A DNA stretch of 64,000 bases from the NCBI GenBank assembly GCA_963675595.2, contig CAXXLZ010000002.1, forward strand, positions 416,001 through 480,000. The letters run 5' to 3'. The first letter of the stretch is position 1, and every line of letters begins with the position of its first letter. Under the pieces are notes generated by a model. The model was not told where the DNA came from. It did not search any database and saw only the letters and a program-made list of their open reading frames with translations. The translations under genes were made by a program, and so were the position numbers. Positions 48,296 to 58,650 of this stretch are shown one piece after another. The stretch is from Thermodesulfobacteriota bacterium. Its GTDB lineage: Bacteria > Desulfobacterota > Desulfarculia > JACQYL01.

Positions 48296-48754
48296 ATGTT
48301 CACCGTCCAAAAAAGCGCCGGCGGGTTACGTATGAGATTTCCCGCCTCCCTCGAAAACATAGACATCGCCTGCAGGCACGCCCGAGATCTCTTGAGAAGC
48401 ATCCGGACCGGTGTGCAGGATATCTTCGAAGTCTCCCTGGTGCTTAGAGAAGCTTTGCTCAACGCCGTGATACATGGGAGCGGGTCCGATCCGACCATGA
48501 AGGTTCAGTGTGAACTGGGCATGGAGCCGGGTAAGATCGAGATCACCGTCGAGGACGAGGGAGGCGGCTTTGATTGGAAAACTCGGCTGAAGCGCATCTC
48601 GGACCCGCACGAGACCGGTGGAAGAGGCCTGACCATTCTGCGAGCCTATTGTGACTCCGTGGTTTTCAATGAGAGCGGAAACCGTGTGGTTATGAGGATG
48701 AATCTCGAACCGGTCAAATCCCCGCAAGACCCCGAATCCGCCGACGTGCGGTGA
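48296..48754 (+). CDS. RsbW-like anti-sigma factor / Ser kinase (HATPase_c_2)
   Basis: LREALLNAVIHG, VEDEGGGFD, GGRGL, FNESGN. Confidence 0.88.
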   Translation: MFTVQKSAGGLRMRFPASLENIDIACRHARDLLRSIRTGVQDIFEVSLVLREALLNAVIHGSGSDPTMKVQCELGMEPGKIEITVEDEGGGFDWKTRLKRISDPHETGGRGLTILRAYCDSVVFNESGNRVVMRMNLEPVKSPQDPESADVR

Positions 48755-48804
48755 ACGAACCGACCCATTACGTGTACGACAAGTTTCCCGAACCTCGGAG
48801 CAGA

Positions 48805-48927
48805 GCGTTGGAACGCGCGATAAGCGGCATTGCGCTTTGTCCCTCGTCGGTCCGACATACTTTCACTTACGGCCTCCTTGCGATTTCCGCGTTTCGCCCG
48901 TCATCGTTTTTCACCGATCCGCAGTGA
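48805..48927 (-). repeat. Diverged second copy of the ~120-bp element
   Basis: Reverse complement tcactgcggatcggtgaaaaacgatga...agtatgtcggaccgacgagggacaaagcgcaatgccgc aligns with 13309-13415. Confidence 0.65.
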
Positions 48928-48963
48928 CGCGGTGACCGGGCTATTCCAGCGAGCCGGCGGAGG

Positions 48964-49650
48964 TCACCCCCGATCCTCGCAGGCCGAGACGCGCCCGCCT
49001 GCGGGAAGATTCGAAAAAAACTCCCGAACCACCCGGCACATGATCGTCGACGCCTCTTCCATTGTGGGGCAACGAGCCCCCAATTCCTCACGTAGAGACG
49101 TGACCTTGAGCCCACGTAATCCGCAGGGATTCATCAGGGAAAAAAACCGCAGGTCCGGATCGAGGTTGAGACTCAGCCCATGAAGGCTCACGTACTTTTT
49201 CACCGCCACACCGATAAACTGTACCTTCCTGTCTTCGATGAACACCCCTCTTCCCACGGAGGACCGTCCGCCGCTGAGGCCGTATTCGGCGAGGAAACGA
49301 ATTCCGGTCTCCTCAAGGCCGGTTACCAGACCCGATACGCTCAGGCCGGAGGTCTTCAAATCCAGGATCGGGTAGACCATCAACTGTCCGGGACCGTGGT
49401 AGGTGACGTCCCCTCCCCTCTCAGTGGAAACGACTTCCACCGGAGTCCCGTCGGGGCCGATACGAGAGAAAAGATTTTCTCGATTGCCGGCTCTCCCCAG
49501 AGTGATCACATGGTCATGCTCCGTAACCAGAACCACGTCGGGAAGGCCTCGATCCTCCGATTTCCGTTTGTGGAGCGCCCGTTGCCGGTTCAGGGTTTCC
49601 GAATAACCCGTCCGGCCGAGCCATTCTACGATTACCTGGGTTCGGCCCAT
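48964..49650 (-). CDS. lipB: Lipoyl(octanoyl) transferase
   Basis: EH..VITLGR, RGGDVTYHGPGQL.VYPI, HGLSLN, NPCGL. Confidence 0.92.
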   Translation of the reverse strand: MGRTQVIVEWLGRTGYSETLNRQRALHKRKSEDRGLPDVVLVTEHDHVITLGRAGNRENLFSRIGPDGTPVEVVSTERGGDVTYHGPGQLMVYPILDLKTSGLSVSGLVTGLEETGIRFLAEYGLSGGRSSVGRGVFIEDRKVQFIGVAVKKYVSLHGLSLNLDPDLRFFSLMNPCGLRGLKVTSLREELGARCPTMEEASTIMCRVVREFFSNLPAGGRVSACEDRG

Positions 49651-51977
49651 TTCCGAACACCGGTGGATCGTAAATGAGAGATGCCGCTTCCCGGCGATCC
49701 CGAGACTTCCGCTTCCTTGAACCCGAAATAGCCGATACCCTGCTGGTTCAGTCCGTCCTGCAACACGTGCAACAGACGGCCGTCCACTGCGGAGGGAATG
49801 TGGATCACGTGCACCGACGCGGCGTGGCAGGCGTATTCGGGAATCCATTCCGCCAGCGAGTTCCGCGATCCCAGGATGAACGCCTCGTTGAAAACCACCC
49901 CATCGTCGTCGGGATACACGGCGACGGGAACGATCCTCGCCTCGACCAGATCGTTGAAAAAGTGAGTGCCGTAGGAAACCTCCGGAGCGAAACCGTCTTC
50001 CTCAAAGGAGATTTCACCCAAGATCAATGTATTGTTGATATCTTGATATCCCACCTTCACACCGAGGGTAATATCGTTGCTCCCCCAGCGCCCCGGACCG
50101 AACAACGCGAATCTCTTCCGATAAAGCCTCCGATTGAGTTCTCCCACGACTCGGCCCACAGCCAGCTTTTCCCGGTGAGTCTCAATGTTGGCATAGGCTT
50201 TGGGGTCCACATACACCAGGTACTCGATGTTGCGGATGGCGCTGTTCGTGATGCCCCGGTTGTTGGTGAAGAGCACCCGTTCCGGGTCCATTTCCTCAGG
50301 CAGGGTCACCAGCCCAAACTCCTCCCGAACGGGGTGCGATCGGCACTGAAGCAAATAGAACTTGTTGTCGTCCCATGCGAATTCAACTTCGATGGGTCCG
50401 CCGTAGGCCTGGTGAAGCCTGGACAGAATCTTCTTCATAATCCGGATGAAGGGAGTCTTGGAAAGCAGATTCTCAAAGGTCAGACAGGTCTTGGCCAAAG
50501 GGATGGTTCCCCCTTTGAACATGGGGGCCGAAAGGTGCATGTCCTCACGCACGGAAACCGCGTAGAAGAGCTCCGGATGCTCTACGTCTTCGAGCAGCTC
50601 GAGGTAGGGCTTGGTTTCGAGCCTGCCGTCGGAGAGATTGACGGCGTCCACCAGTCGTTGCGAGTACTTCTGAATCTCATCGGCGGTGACTTCCGGTCTA
50701 AGCTGCGGATGACTCAACGGCACCATACGTGGATAATCCCTTACCACCCGATCCACGGCTCTCGTACCCAGCCCGAACACCATGCGAACCATGCCCTCTT
50801 CTTTTTGGATCTTGGGGCTCCAATTGTAGGCGTTCACCGAAAAGGCCACACCGGCGGCAAAGGGAAAAAAGTTGTCTCCGAACCTGCGTCCCACCACGTT
50901 CTGCACGAGGACGCTCATTCTTTCGTCGAAGTCCAGAAGGTTCCGCTCCCTGCGATAAGCCAGCGCTCCCGGACTGATGGTACTCAAATGAACCTGCTTG
51001 AGCCCCCGGATGAAGTCTTTCAACCTGGTGTCCAAATCTCCCTGATTGGCGACGAATACCGATTCGTACTTACCCGAAAATGCATGCCCCAGGCTGTCTT
51101 CCAGAAGGCTCGACGACCTCAGGATCAACGGCTGTTCCCCGATCTCCTCCAAAAAGCTGCGAAATTTGGACACCACCTCCTTGGGGTATTCGGCTCGCTC
51201 GAACTCCTCCCCGATCTCCTCGAAAGCCTTTTCCATATTTTCCTGAGGCTCGTATTTGAGGCTGTGACAACGATGCAGATCGTTGAATTCGATGAAGTCG
51301 GAGAAAATACCTGAATTGAAGTAATAGGACTCGGGAATACGGACGAATTCCGCCAGCTCAGGGTCTTTTTCCATCAACCGGGGAAGTACGATTCGGTAGG
51401 CCAGCAACATGCCCGCCGCCTTCCCGCCGATTTTTCCGGAGCGTCGTTCGTTCCAGTGGGACCGCTGGACCACGTCGAAAACGTCCCTTGTGGTCAAATG
51501 CTTCTTGGCGACGCCGATAAAGGAAAGCTGGTTTGAAATGAAATGATTGATCAAGGCCACCCGAACCACTTCCGCCTCGTTGGGCGGAATGAACAGGCGG
51601 CCTTCGGGAATGTCGCAGAACTCCTTGAGGGCTCTTTGGATCCGGCGAGAAGTCACGTCCTCGGTATTGATCACCGCGGTCAGGTTCCTAAATCGGTCCC
51701 TTTTTCTGGCCAGGTTGATGTGATCCTCGATTTCGCTTTCCGAACGCCCTTCGGCAAAGTGAAGATCGATGAGTGCGTCTTTGACTTCTTTGATTGCTTC
51801 CTCATTTTCCTCGAGGCCGACCTCCCGAACCTGATTCAAGGCTTCGTTCCTCAAAGCTTCCAGTGTGAAGCCTTTTTCGCTGATAAGGCACGTCAGGAAG
51901 ATTTCCCGGATTTCGTCGATGAGATGGGGATGCTGCATCATCTTGTTGTACATCCGGTACGCCTTGATCAAATCCAT
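49632..51977 (-). CDS. PEP/pyruvate-binding (PPDK_N-type) domain protein
   Basis: IGGKAAG, PLILRSSSLLEDS...FSGKY, MSVLVQ, FGLGTRAV, EVEFA, LLQCR, GPGRWGS, SYGTHFF. Start uncertain (51977 chosen). Confidence 0.85.
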   Translation of the reverse strand: MDLIKAYRMYNKMMQHPHLIDEIREIFLTCLISEKGFTLEALRNEALNQVREVGLEENEEAIKEVKDALIDLHFAEGRSESEIEDHINLARKRDRFRNLTAVINTEDVTSRRIQRALKEFCDIPEGRLFIPPNEAEVVRVALINHFISNQLSFIGVAKKHLTTRDVFDVVQRSHWNERRSGKIGGKAAGMLLAYRIVLPRLMEKDPELAEFVRIPESYYFNSGIFSDFIEFNDLHRCHSLKYEPQENMEKAFEEIGEEFERAEYPKEVVSKFRSFLEEIGEQPLILRSSSLLEDSLGHAFSGKYESVFVANQGDLDTRLKDFIRGLKQVHLSTISPGALAYRRERNLLDFDERMSVLVQNVVGRRFGDNFFPFAAGVAFSVNAYNWSPKIQKEEGMVRMVFGLGTRAVDRVVRDYPRMVPLSHPQLRPEVTADEIQKYSQRLVDAVNLSDGRLETKPYLELLEDVEHPELFYAVSVREDMHLSAPMFKGGTIPLAKTCLTFENLLSKTPFIRIMKKILSRLHQAYGGPIEVEFAWDDNKFYLLQCRSHPVREEFGLVTLPEEMDPERVLFTNNRGITNSAIRNIEYLVYVDPKAYANIETHREKLAVGRVVGELNRRLYRKRFALFGPGRWGSNDITLGVKVGYQDINNTLILGEISFEEDGFAPEVSYGTHFFNDLVEARIVPVAVYPDDDGVVFNEAFILGSRNSLAEWIPEYACHAASVHVIHIPSAVDGRLLHVLQDGLNQQGIGYFGFKEAEVSGSPGSGISHLRSTGVRKWAEPR

Positions 51978-52015
51978 AGATATCCCTCTTGGAGTTCCCG
52001 ACACGTCCATATCGA

Positions 52016-53269
52016 TCAGACCACCCAACCTCTCAGCCTGCAGGCTTCCGCAACTCTCGCCACGGCCACCAAGTAGGCGGCTCGCCTCATATGCGTGTGG
52101 TGTTTGACGCTCATTTCGTGAACGCCCTTGAACGCACGAGTCATCTGTTGGTCCAGCCTCCAGTGAATTTCCTTCTCCTCCCAATAGAAATTCATGGTGT
52201 TCTGAACTTGCTCATAATAGGAGACCGTAACGCCTCCCGCATTGGCAAGAAAATCCGGGAGGACAAATATCCCTTTGTCGAAAAGAATCTCGTCGGCGGT
52301 CGGCGTGGTGGGCCCGTTGGCCAGTTCGCACATGATTTTGCATTTGACCTTGGGTGCGTTGTCCCCTCGGATTACGTTCTCCAGGGCGGAGGGAAACAGA
52401 ACGGTCACTTCCAACTCCAAAAGCTCCTCATTGGAGATGCGTTCCGTGCCCGGCGCTCCTTCCAGAACGCCGTTCTTAAGTTTGTAATCCACCAGGCTCT
52501 TTGCATCGATGCCCATGGGATTATAAACCCCTCCTTTGGAGTCGGAAGCGGCCACCAGTTTCAGACCCAATATGCGCTCACCCAGAACGGCGGCGTTCTG
52601 GCCCGCATTTCCGAATCCCTGGATGGCCATGGTCTGCCCTTTCAGGTCGAGGGCCAGCACCGCGGCAGCCTCCCGCGTCGTGTAAATGCCCCCCCTGGCC
52701 GTGGCGTCCGCCCTTCCCTGAGACCCGCCCATGGGAATCGGCTTTCCGGTGATCACCGCCGGGTGCTTCTCTCCTCGAATCACCTCGTACTCATCCATCA
52801 TCCAGGACATGATCTGCGGTGTGGTATACACGTCGGGCGCCGGCACGTCTTTGGCCACCCCGAGCGAGTCGGCGATGCCGCGCACGTAGCCTCTGGCCAG
52901 TCTCTCCTTCTCCGTGACGGAAAGTTCTTTCGGGTTGCAGATCACGCCGCCCTTGCCCCCGCCGAGGGGAATGTCCACCACGGCGGTCTTCCAGGTCATC
53001 CAGGCCGACAGCGCCCGCACCGTATCCACGGTTTCTTCGGGATGCCAGCGGATTCCCCCTTTGGCAGGCCCCCTGGCCGTATTGTATTGGACCCGAAACG
53101 CCCTGAATATCCTCGTGGATCCGTCATCCATCCGAACCGGTATCGAGAAGTGAATCTCTCGCATGGGCCATCGAAGAAGTTCGTGAGTCGCCGGATCCAG
53201 TCCGAGAGCTTCGGCGGCCTCGTCGAGTTGTTGTTGAGCGATTCTAAACGGGTTCAGCTTGTCTTCCAT
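52016..53269 (-). CDS. gdhA: Glu/Leu/Phe/Val dehydrogenase (glutamate dehydrogenase)
   Basis: [60 protein letters not shown]. Confidence 0.92.
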   Translation of the reverse strand: MEDKLNPFRIAQQQLDEAAEALGLDPATHELLRWPMREIHFSIPVRMDDGSTRIFRAFRVQYNTARGPAKGGIRWHPEETVDTVRALSAWMTWKTAVVDIPLGGGKGGVICNPKELSVTEKERLARGYVRGIADSLGVAKDVPAPDVYTTPQIMSWMMDEYEVIRGEKHPAVITGKPIPMGGSQGRADATARGGIYTTREAAAVLALDLKGQTMAIQGFGNAGQNAAVLGERILGLKLVAASDSKGGVYNPMGIDAKSLVDYKLKNGVLEGAPGTERISNEELLELEVTVLFPSALENVIRGDNAPKVKCKIMCELANGPTTPTADEILFDKGIFVLPDFLANAGGVTVSYYEQVQNTMNFYWEEKEIHWRLDQQMTRAFKGVHEMSVKHHTHMRRAAYLVAVARVAEACRLRGWVV

Positions 53270-53430
53270 ACCTGCTCCTCCCTTTTGGATCGGCCCCACC
53301 GCCACGCGGCAAACCGAGATCGAGCACACCGTCCGTTTCCATCCCCACGACCCATCAAACGCCGGCCGATTTCCATTCCGAATCATGCCCGCAAGCGGCA
53401 CAGGCATGGGAGACCGGCGATTCGCCTGCA

Positions 53431-54603
53431 TCAACTCAGAATTGAATCCTTGATCCCGGATACATCCTGTTTTTCATCCATCATTTTCTTAATCTTGGCA
53501 AACTCCGCCAAGTCGCCAAGCAGGATGCAGCCGACTACCGTATTGTCCTCGAAGACGACTTTCTTGTAGAGTTGTCGGTCTTTCACCACACGACTCTCCC
53601 GCTCGTTTTCAGCGTCGATGTCGCCTGCGGAGGCGAGGTCGATGCCCACCACCTTGAGAGTGTTGGCCATAATGGTGCCTTCGTAGGTTTCATCTCCCCC
53701 GCACATGTTGGCGGCGGCAATCTTTCCCTGTTCCATGGCGGCGGGCCAGATTCCGAAGAGTTTGCCCCGGTGTTCGACCACGTCCCCCGCGGCGTAAACC
53801 TCCGGCACACTGGTCCGAAGTCGATCGTCCACCTTAACACCCTTGTCCGCGTCGAGTCCCAAAAAGCCGGCGACTTCCAGGTTCGGACGAACCCCCGCCG
53901 AGATGATCACCATCCCGCCTTCCACGGTGTCGCCGCTTTCCAGGAGGATACCACGGACGCGGTCTTCGCCGAGTATTTCCTTGGTAACGGCGCCGAGATG
54001 GAAAGACAGCCCCATATCTTCCATGATCCGCTGAAGAATCAGCGCTCCTTCGTGATCGAGCTGTCGCGGAAGAAGCCGGGGAAAGAACTCGACCACCCGG
54101 CATCGTATTCCAAGCTTTTTGAGAGCGTATGCGGTTTCGAGACCCAAAAGGCCTCCTCCCACGAGGACCGCGTCTTCGGTGTTTTTGGCGGCTTCCCGGA
54201 TGTCTCTGGCGTCCTGAACGGACCGCAGGGCGAACGTTCCGCGTTTCTCCACACCTTGAATGGGCGGCACGAAAGAATGAGCGCCCGTGGCCACGAGCAG
54301 AAGATCGTAAGGAATTTCCTCTCCGGCATCGGTAACGATCGTCTTGCTCTTCGGATCTGCATTCACCACCCGGGTCTTCAATTTAAGGTCGATACGGGAG
54401 TCTTTGTACCATTGCAGATTCTTGGCCACCAGCTTGTCTTCGTCCCATTCTCCCGAGATGTATTCGTTCAGCTTGAGACGCCAATAGAAAGGCAGATTCT
54501 CCTCGGTGAGCGCGGTGATCGAACCGTCCGGGTCCCGCTTGCGGATCTCTTCCGCCGCCGTTGCTCCTGCAATGCCTTGTCCAAGAATCACATATTGTCG
54601 CAT
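53431..54603 (-). CDS. FAD/NAD(P)-dependent oxidoreductase (NADH:rubredoxin reductase-like)
   Basis: [38 protein letters not shown]. Confidence 0.88.
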   Translation of the reverse strand: MRQYVILGQGIAGATAAEEIRKRDPDGSITALTEENLPFYWRLKLNEYISGEWDEDKLVAKNLQWYKDSRIDLKLKTRVVNADPKSKTIVTDAGEEIPYDLLLVATGAHSFVPPIQGVEKRGTFALRSVQDARDIREAAKNTEDAVLVGGGLLGLETAYALKKLGIRCRVVEFFPRLLPRQLDHEGALILQRIMEDMGLSFHLGAVTKEILGEDRVRGILLESGDTVEGGMVIISAGVRPNLEVAGFLGLDADKGVKVDDRLRTSVPEVYAAGDVVEHRGKLFGIWPAAMEQGKIAAANMCGGDETYEGTIMANTLKVVGIDLASAGDIDAENERESRVVKDRQLYKKVVFEDNTVVGCILLGDLAEFAKIKKMMDEKQDVSGIKDSILS

Positions 54604-54940
54604 GTCGATTTTCCTTTCGAAGTGGGGTTCACCTTTCGTCCATTCGGGACCCGTTTCCCCGGCGGTTCCTAATCGAGCCGGCCCCGCACACAAGATGTCC
54701 ACCTTGAACAACAGGCTTCCCAAAGGTTACACGGCGATCCTCAAGACCCAACCTACAATGGTTTCCGTTTGAAAAGCAACCGAGGCAACTTGGTGAAAGA
54801 AGTGTCTCCGTCGTCCAAAGCGGCACGTTTATCACCCTGGTTTATCTATAAAAAATTTCGACCCCTTGACCTCCCCGCAAACCGGCGTATAAACTGTTCG
54901 ATAAAATTCGGGGCAACGCCTTAAGTGAGGAATTCGTTTT

Positions 54941-55132
54941 ATGGAGAATGACAGGCGGGTGACAATCAACCGCGACTGGTGCAAGGGATGCGGCATTTGC
55001 GTCGAGTTTTGTCCCAAGGGTGTACTGCAACTGGACAAAGAAGACAAAGCAGTCGTCGTGGACCTTGAAAAGTGCAACAAATGCAGACTTTGCGAGCTAC
55101 GCTGTCCCGACATGGCCATTGAAATAGAATAG
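54941..55132 (+). CDS. korD: 2-oxoacid:ferredoxin oxidoreductase delta (ferredoxin) subunit
   Basis: CKGCGICVEFCP and CNKCRLCELRCPDMAI. Confidence 0.85.
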   Translation: MENDRRVTINRDWCKGCGICVEFCPKGVLQLDKEDKAVVVDLEKCNKCRLCELRCPDMAIEIE

Positions 55133-55146
55133 CCGACCGGACCCTT

Positions 55147-56298
55147 ATGAACAATCAGAAAATCAAATTCGTACAGGGAAACGAAGCGTGCGTCCATGGA
55201 GCATTGTATGCCGGATGCAGCTTCTTTGCGGGCTACCCCATTACTCCGTCTACGGAGGTCAGCGAGATACTCGCCTCACTCCTGCCCGAGCGAGGGGGGA
55301 AGTTCATCCAGATGGAAGACGAGATATCCGCGATGTGTGCCATTGTCGGGGCGTCACTTACGGGAGCCAAGGCGATGACCGCAACCAGCGGTCCAGGCTT
55401 CTCGTTGATGCAGGAAGCCATCGGATACGCCGTTATGACGGAGACCCCCTGCGTCATCGTCAACGTGCAACGCGTGGGTCCTTCGACCGGCATGCCCACC
55501 GCTGCGAGCCAGGGCGACGTGATGCAGGCTCGATGGGGCACCCACGGAGACCACTCGATCATCGCCATGACCGCCTCCAACCACCAGGACGTGTTTGCCA
55601 CGACGGTCGAGGCCTTCAACTTGGCCGAGACCTATCGCACTCCGGTCATTCTTCTCCTGGACGAAGTCATCGGTCACATGAGGGAAAAACTCGTCCTCCC
55701 GGAACCCGGAGAAATTCCCGTATGGGACCGGCTGTGGACCTCGGTCAAAGAGGGGACCAATTTTCATCCCTATCTTCCCAGGGAAGACGGCAGGTTGCCC
55801 ATGTCCGCCTTCGGAGGAGTACACCGATACAACGTGACCGGACTGGTTCACGACATGTGGGGGTTTCCCTCGAATCAGTCGGAAATAGCCCACGAATTGG
55901 TGCACCATCTCGTGGACAAGATCGAGGGACGGGCTCACGACATTATCAGGACCCGCAGGTACTTCCTGGACGATACGGACACCGTTCTCATATCCTACGG
56001 TTCCTCCGCCCGATCCGCCCTACACGTGGTCGAGGAACGTCGAACCGTCGGCGAAAAGATCGGGCTGCTCGAACTCCAGACCCTATGGCCTTTCCCCGCC
56101 CAAGAGGTAAGGGAAGTCTGTACGGGGGCCAGGCACGTTATTGTGGTGGAGATGAATCTGGGCCAGGTACTTTCCGAGGTAAAAAAGGCCGTGGACGACC
56201 CGAACCGGGTCTTCCTGGCCAACCGATTCGACGGACGGCTCATCACCCCCCAAGACATCAAAGACGTGTTGCGGCTCATTCGCGGTGGAGGTCTCTGA
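55147..56298 (+). CDS. korA: 2-oxoacid:ferredoxin oxidoreductase alpha subunit
   Basis: GNEAC, AGYPITPSTE, QMEDE, ATSGPGFSLMQE, QRVGPSTGMPT, VEMN.GQ. Substrate not provable from sequence. Confidence 0.88.
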   Translation: MNNQKIKFVQGNEACVHGALYAGCSFFAGYPITPSTEVSEILASLLPERGGKFIQMEDEISAMCAIVGASLTGAKAMTATSGPGFSLMQEAIGYAVMTETPCVIVNVQRVGPSTGMPTAASQGDVMQARWGTHGDHSIIAMTASNHQDVFATTVEAFNLAETYRTPVILLLDEVIGHMREKLVLPEPGEIPVWDRLWTSVKEGTNFHPYLPREDGRLPMSAFGGVHRYNVTGLVHDMWGFPSNQSEIAHELVHHLVDKIEGRAHDIIRTRRYFLDDTDTVLISYGSSARSALHVVEERRTVGEKIGLLELQTLWPFPAQEVREVCTGARHVIVVEMNLGQVLSEVKKAVDDPNRVFLANRFDGRLITPQDIKDVLRLIRGGGL

Positions 56299-56301
56299 AC
56301 C

Positions 56302-57105
56302 ATGGCCGTCAAAGACTACGTGCGTGAAAGATTCATGCCCCATATGTGGTGCGCGGGATGCGGTCACGGAACGATCATGAACACCTTGATCCGCGCCGTG
56401 GACGATTTGGGAATCAAGAAAAACGATATCGTCCTGGTGACCGGAATCGGATGTTCCGCACGCATTTCAGGGTACCTGGATTTCCATACGCTGCACACCA
56501 TCCATGGGCGTGCGTTGGCCTTTGCCACCGGTGTGAAGATGGCAAGGCCGGACCTTACGATCATTGTCGCCATGGGTGACGGGGATGCACTGGCTATTGG
56601 AGGAAATCACTTCATCCATTCAGCCCGACGCAACATCGATATCACCGTCCTTCTCATGAACAACCGAACGTACGGCATGACCGGCGGACAGTTTTCCCCC
56701 TTGTCGGGCCTCGGTTTCAAAGGAACCACCGCGCCCTTCGGGAACATCGAAACCCATTTCGACACTGTGGAATTGGCCCGCTCCGCGGGCGCCTCGTTCG
56801 TGGCGAGGGGCACTACGTACCACGTCACCTCTCTACACAAGAACCTCAAGAAGGCCATCCAACATAAGGGCTTCTCCGTTGTGGAAGTTCTCTCGCAATG
56901 CCCGACCTACTTCGGAAGGAGAAGCGAAGTCGGCGGCGCCGTCGACTTACTCAGACTTTTCAAAGACCGAACCGTGCCCGTGGGGTCCCCCGCGAAGGAC
57001 AAAGAACCGGGACTTGTTGAACGGGGGGTCTTCGTCGATGAGGAGCGGCCCGAATACTGCTCGGAATATCAGAAGATCATCGACGGAATCAGAGGGGAGG
57101 TCTAA
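56302..57105 (+). CDS. korB: 2-oxoacid:ferredoxin oxidoreductase beta subunit
   Basis: WCAGCG, GIGCS, HGRA, GDGD...IGGNH (TPP motif), YGMTGGQ, SQCPT. Confidence 0.88.
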   Translation: MAVKDYVRERFMPHMWCAGCGHGTIMNTLIRAVDDLGIKKNDIVLVTGIGCSARISGYLDFHTLHTIHGRALAFATGVKMARPDLTIIVAMGDGDALAIGGNHFIHSARRNIDITVLLMNNRTYGMTGGQFSPLSGLGFKGTTAPFGNIETHFDTVELARSAGASFVARGTTYHVTSLHKNLKKAIQHKGFSVVEVLSQCPTYFGRRSEVGGAVDLLRLFKDRTVPVGSPAKDKEPGLVERGVFVDEERPEYCSEYQKIIDGIRGEV

Positions 57106-57110
57106 CACCC

Positions 57111-57656
57111 ATGGAACGTTACACCCTCGTTTTTTCAGGTTCCGGAGGCCAGGGAATCATCACCGCGTCGGTGCTGTTGGCCGAAGCCGCCGTGATTCAC
57201 GAAAACCTCAATGCCGTTCAGACTCAAAGCTACGGCCCTGAAGCACGAGGCGGCGCGGCCCGGTCCGATGTGATTCTCTCCAAAAGCGAAATCCGGTTTC
57301 CCAAGGTGATACAGCCCAACGTGTTGATCTGCCTGACTCAGAAGGCTTACAACAAATTCCATAGCACCATCCGGCCCGGAGGGCTGTTGCTGGCCGATTC
57401 GCATCTCGTCACCCGCGAACCACGGGTGGACGCTCGGCAAATCATGCTGCCCATGTACGAGACCACAAAACGGGAAGTGGGCAACACGGTGGTGTTCAAC
57501 GTGTGTATGCTGGGCGTGCTCGTGAGGGCCACCGGCCTCGTCCGACTGGAATCGGTCGAACGAATTCTCGAAAGCCGGGTGCCCGCAAAGTACCTCGATC
57601 TGAATCGACGGGCGTTGTCCGTCGGGTTCGATATGGCCGAGGGGATTACCATCTGA
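57111..57656 (+). CDS. korC: 2-oxoacid:ferredoxin oxidoreductase gamma subunit
   Basis: SGSGGQG, QTQSYGPEARGG, NVCMLG, N..A...G. Confidence 0.88.
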   Translation: MERYTLVFSGSGGQGIITASVLLAEAAVIHENLNAVQTQSYGPEARGGAARSDVILSKSEIRFPKVIQPNVLICLTQKAYNKFHSTIRPGGLLLADSHLVTREPRVDARQIMLPMYETTKREVGNTVVFNVCMLGVLVRATGLVRLESVERILESRVPAKYLDLNRRALSVGFDMAEGITI

Positions 57657-57723
57657 CGTTCGTCCAACCTGCTTGACTCCTCCCCCGGGACAGGTACGCT
57701 TAGATCGACAAGGGAGACTGAAG

Positions 57724-58362
57724 ATGTCCGAGCTCCAAGACGGCCCGCCCACCACCGCCGTGCTTCTCACGGACATCCAGGCGGATTTCACCGAATTCGG
57801 CAACGGCTCTTTGGCGGTTCCCGGCACAGGGAGCGACTATGTGGAATCCGTAAAAAAGGCCACACTTCATTACATGGACGAAGGCCTTTCCATCTACGCG
57901 GTGCAAGACCGGCACCCACCCGACCATGTCAGTTTTTACACCAACCACTCCAACAAGAAGCCCTTCGATACAATCCCTCTCGGTCGCATAACGCAGATCC
58001 TCTGGCCGCCTCATTGTGTCCGAGACACCCCGGGGGCGCGACTCTTGTTTCCGGAATCCTGGGCCAAGGAAATCGTTCAGAAGGGAACAGACCCGGACCA
58101 CGACTCCTACTCGGCCTTCAAAGATGATGGTGGCCGGAAGACCGGCATTGATGATATTCTCCGTCGAGACGGCATATCGGAACTGATCGTCTATGGGCTG
58201 GCTACGGACTTTTGCATCCGATACACGGTGAACCACGCCCTGGAAGCGGGTTACCGGGTCCGTGTCAGAATCGATCTATGTCGGGGTGTATCGGAAGATA
58301 CCACGAAAGAAGCCGTTCGAGACATGAAGTCCCGAGGCGCGGTCATCGAAACCGCCGGCTGA
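57724..58362 (+). CDS. pncA: Nicotinamidase/pyrazinamidase (isochorismatase family)
   Basis: DIQADF...GSLAV, QDRHP.DH.SF, WPPHCV, KG....DSYSAF, GLATDFC. Confidence 0.88.
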   Translation: MSELQDGPPTTAVLLTDIQADFTEFGNGSLAVPGTGSDYVESVKKATLHYMDEGLSIYAVQDRHPPDHVSFYTNHSNKKPFDTIPLGRITQILWPPHCVRDTPGARLLFPESWAKEIVQKGTDPDHDSYSAFKDDGGRKTGIDDILRRDGISELIVYGLATDFCIRYTVNHALEAGYRVRVRIDLCRGVSEDTTKEAVRDMKSRGAVIETAG

Positions 58363-58650
58363 AGCCCGGCCGGGAAGTCCCATTTCATCCGAGGCGGCGA
58401 AATAGGCACACCAAAGCCCCCGAAGCCTTTTGCGACCATAGAGCGCCGCTCCTCCACTGCGGTGAAGCGGTGCGATGCGCCCACGCTCGAAAATTTGTCC
58501 GAGCCCTCGGCAGGCCTTCGCTCCGAACGGCGCTCCCCCGCATTTCCCCGAAAATCGGACTGCAAACACCGGCCGAGTTCCGGCCCCAAACTTGAGGAAC
58601 CCACCCGCAACCATCCAAAAGGCTTGTTCCCCCCCGCGGAGAAATGACCC

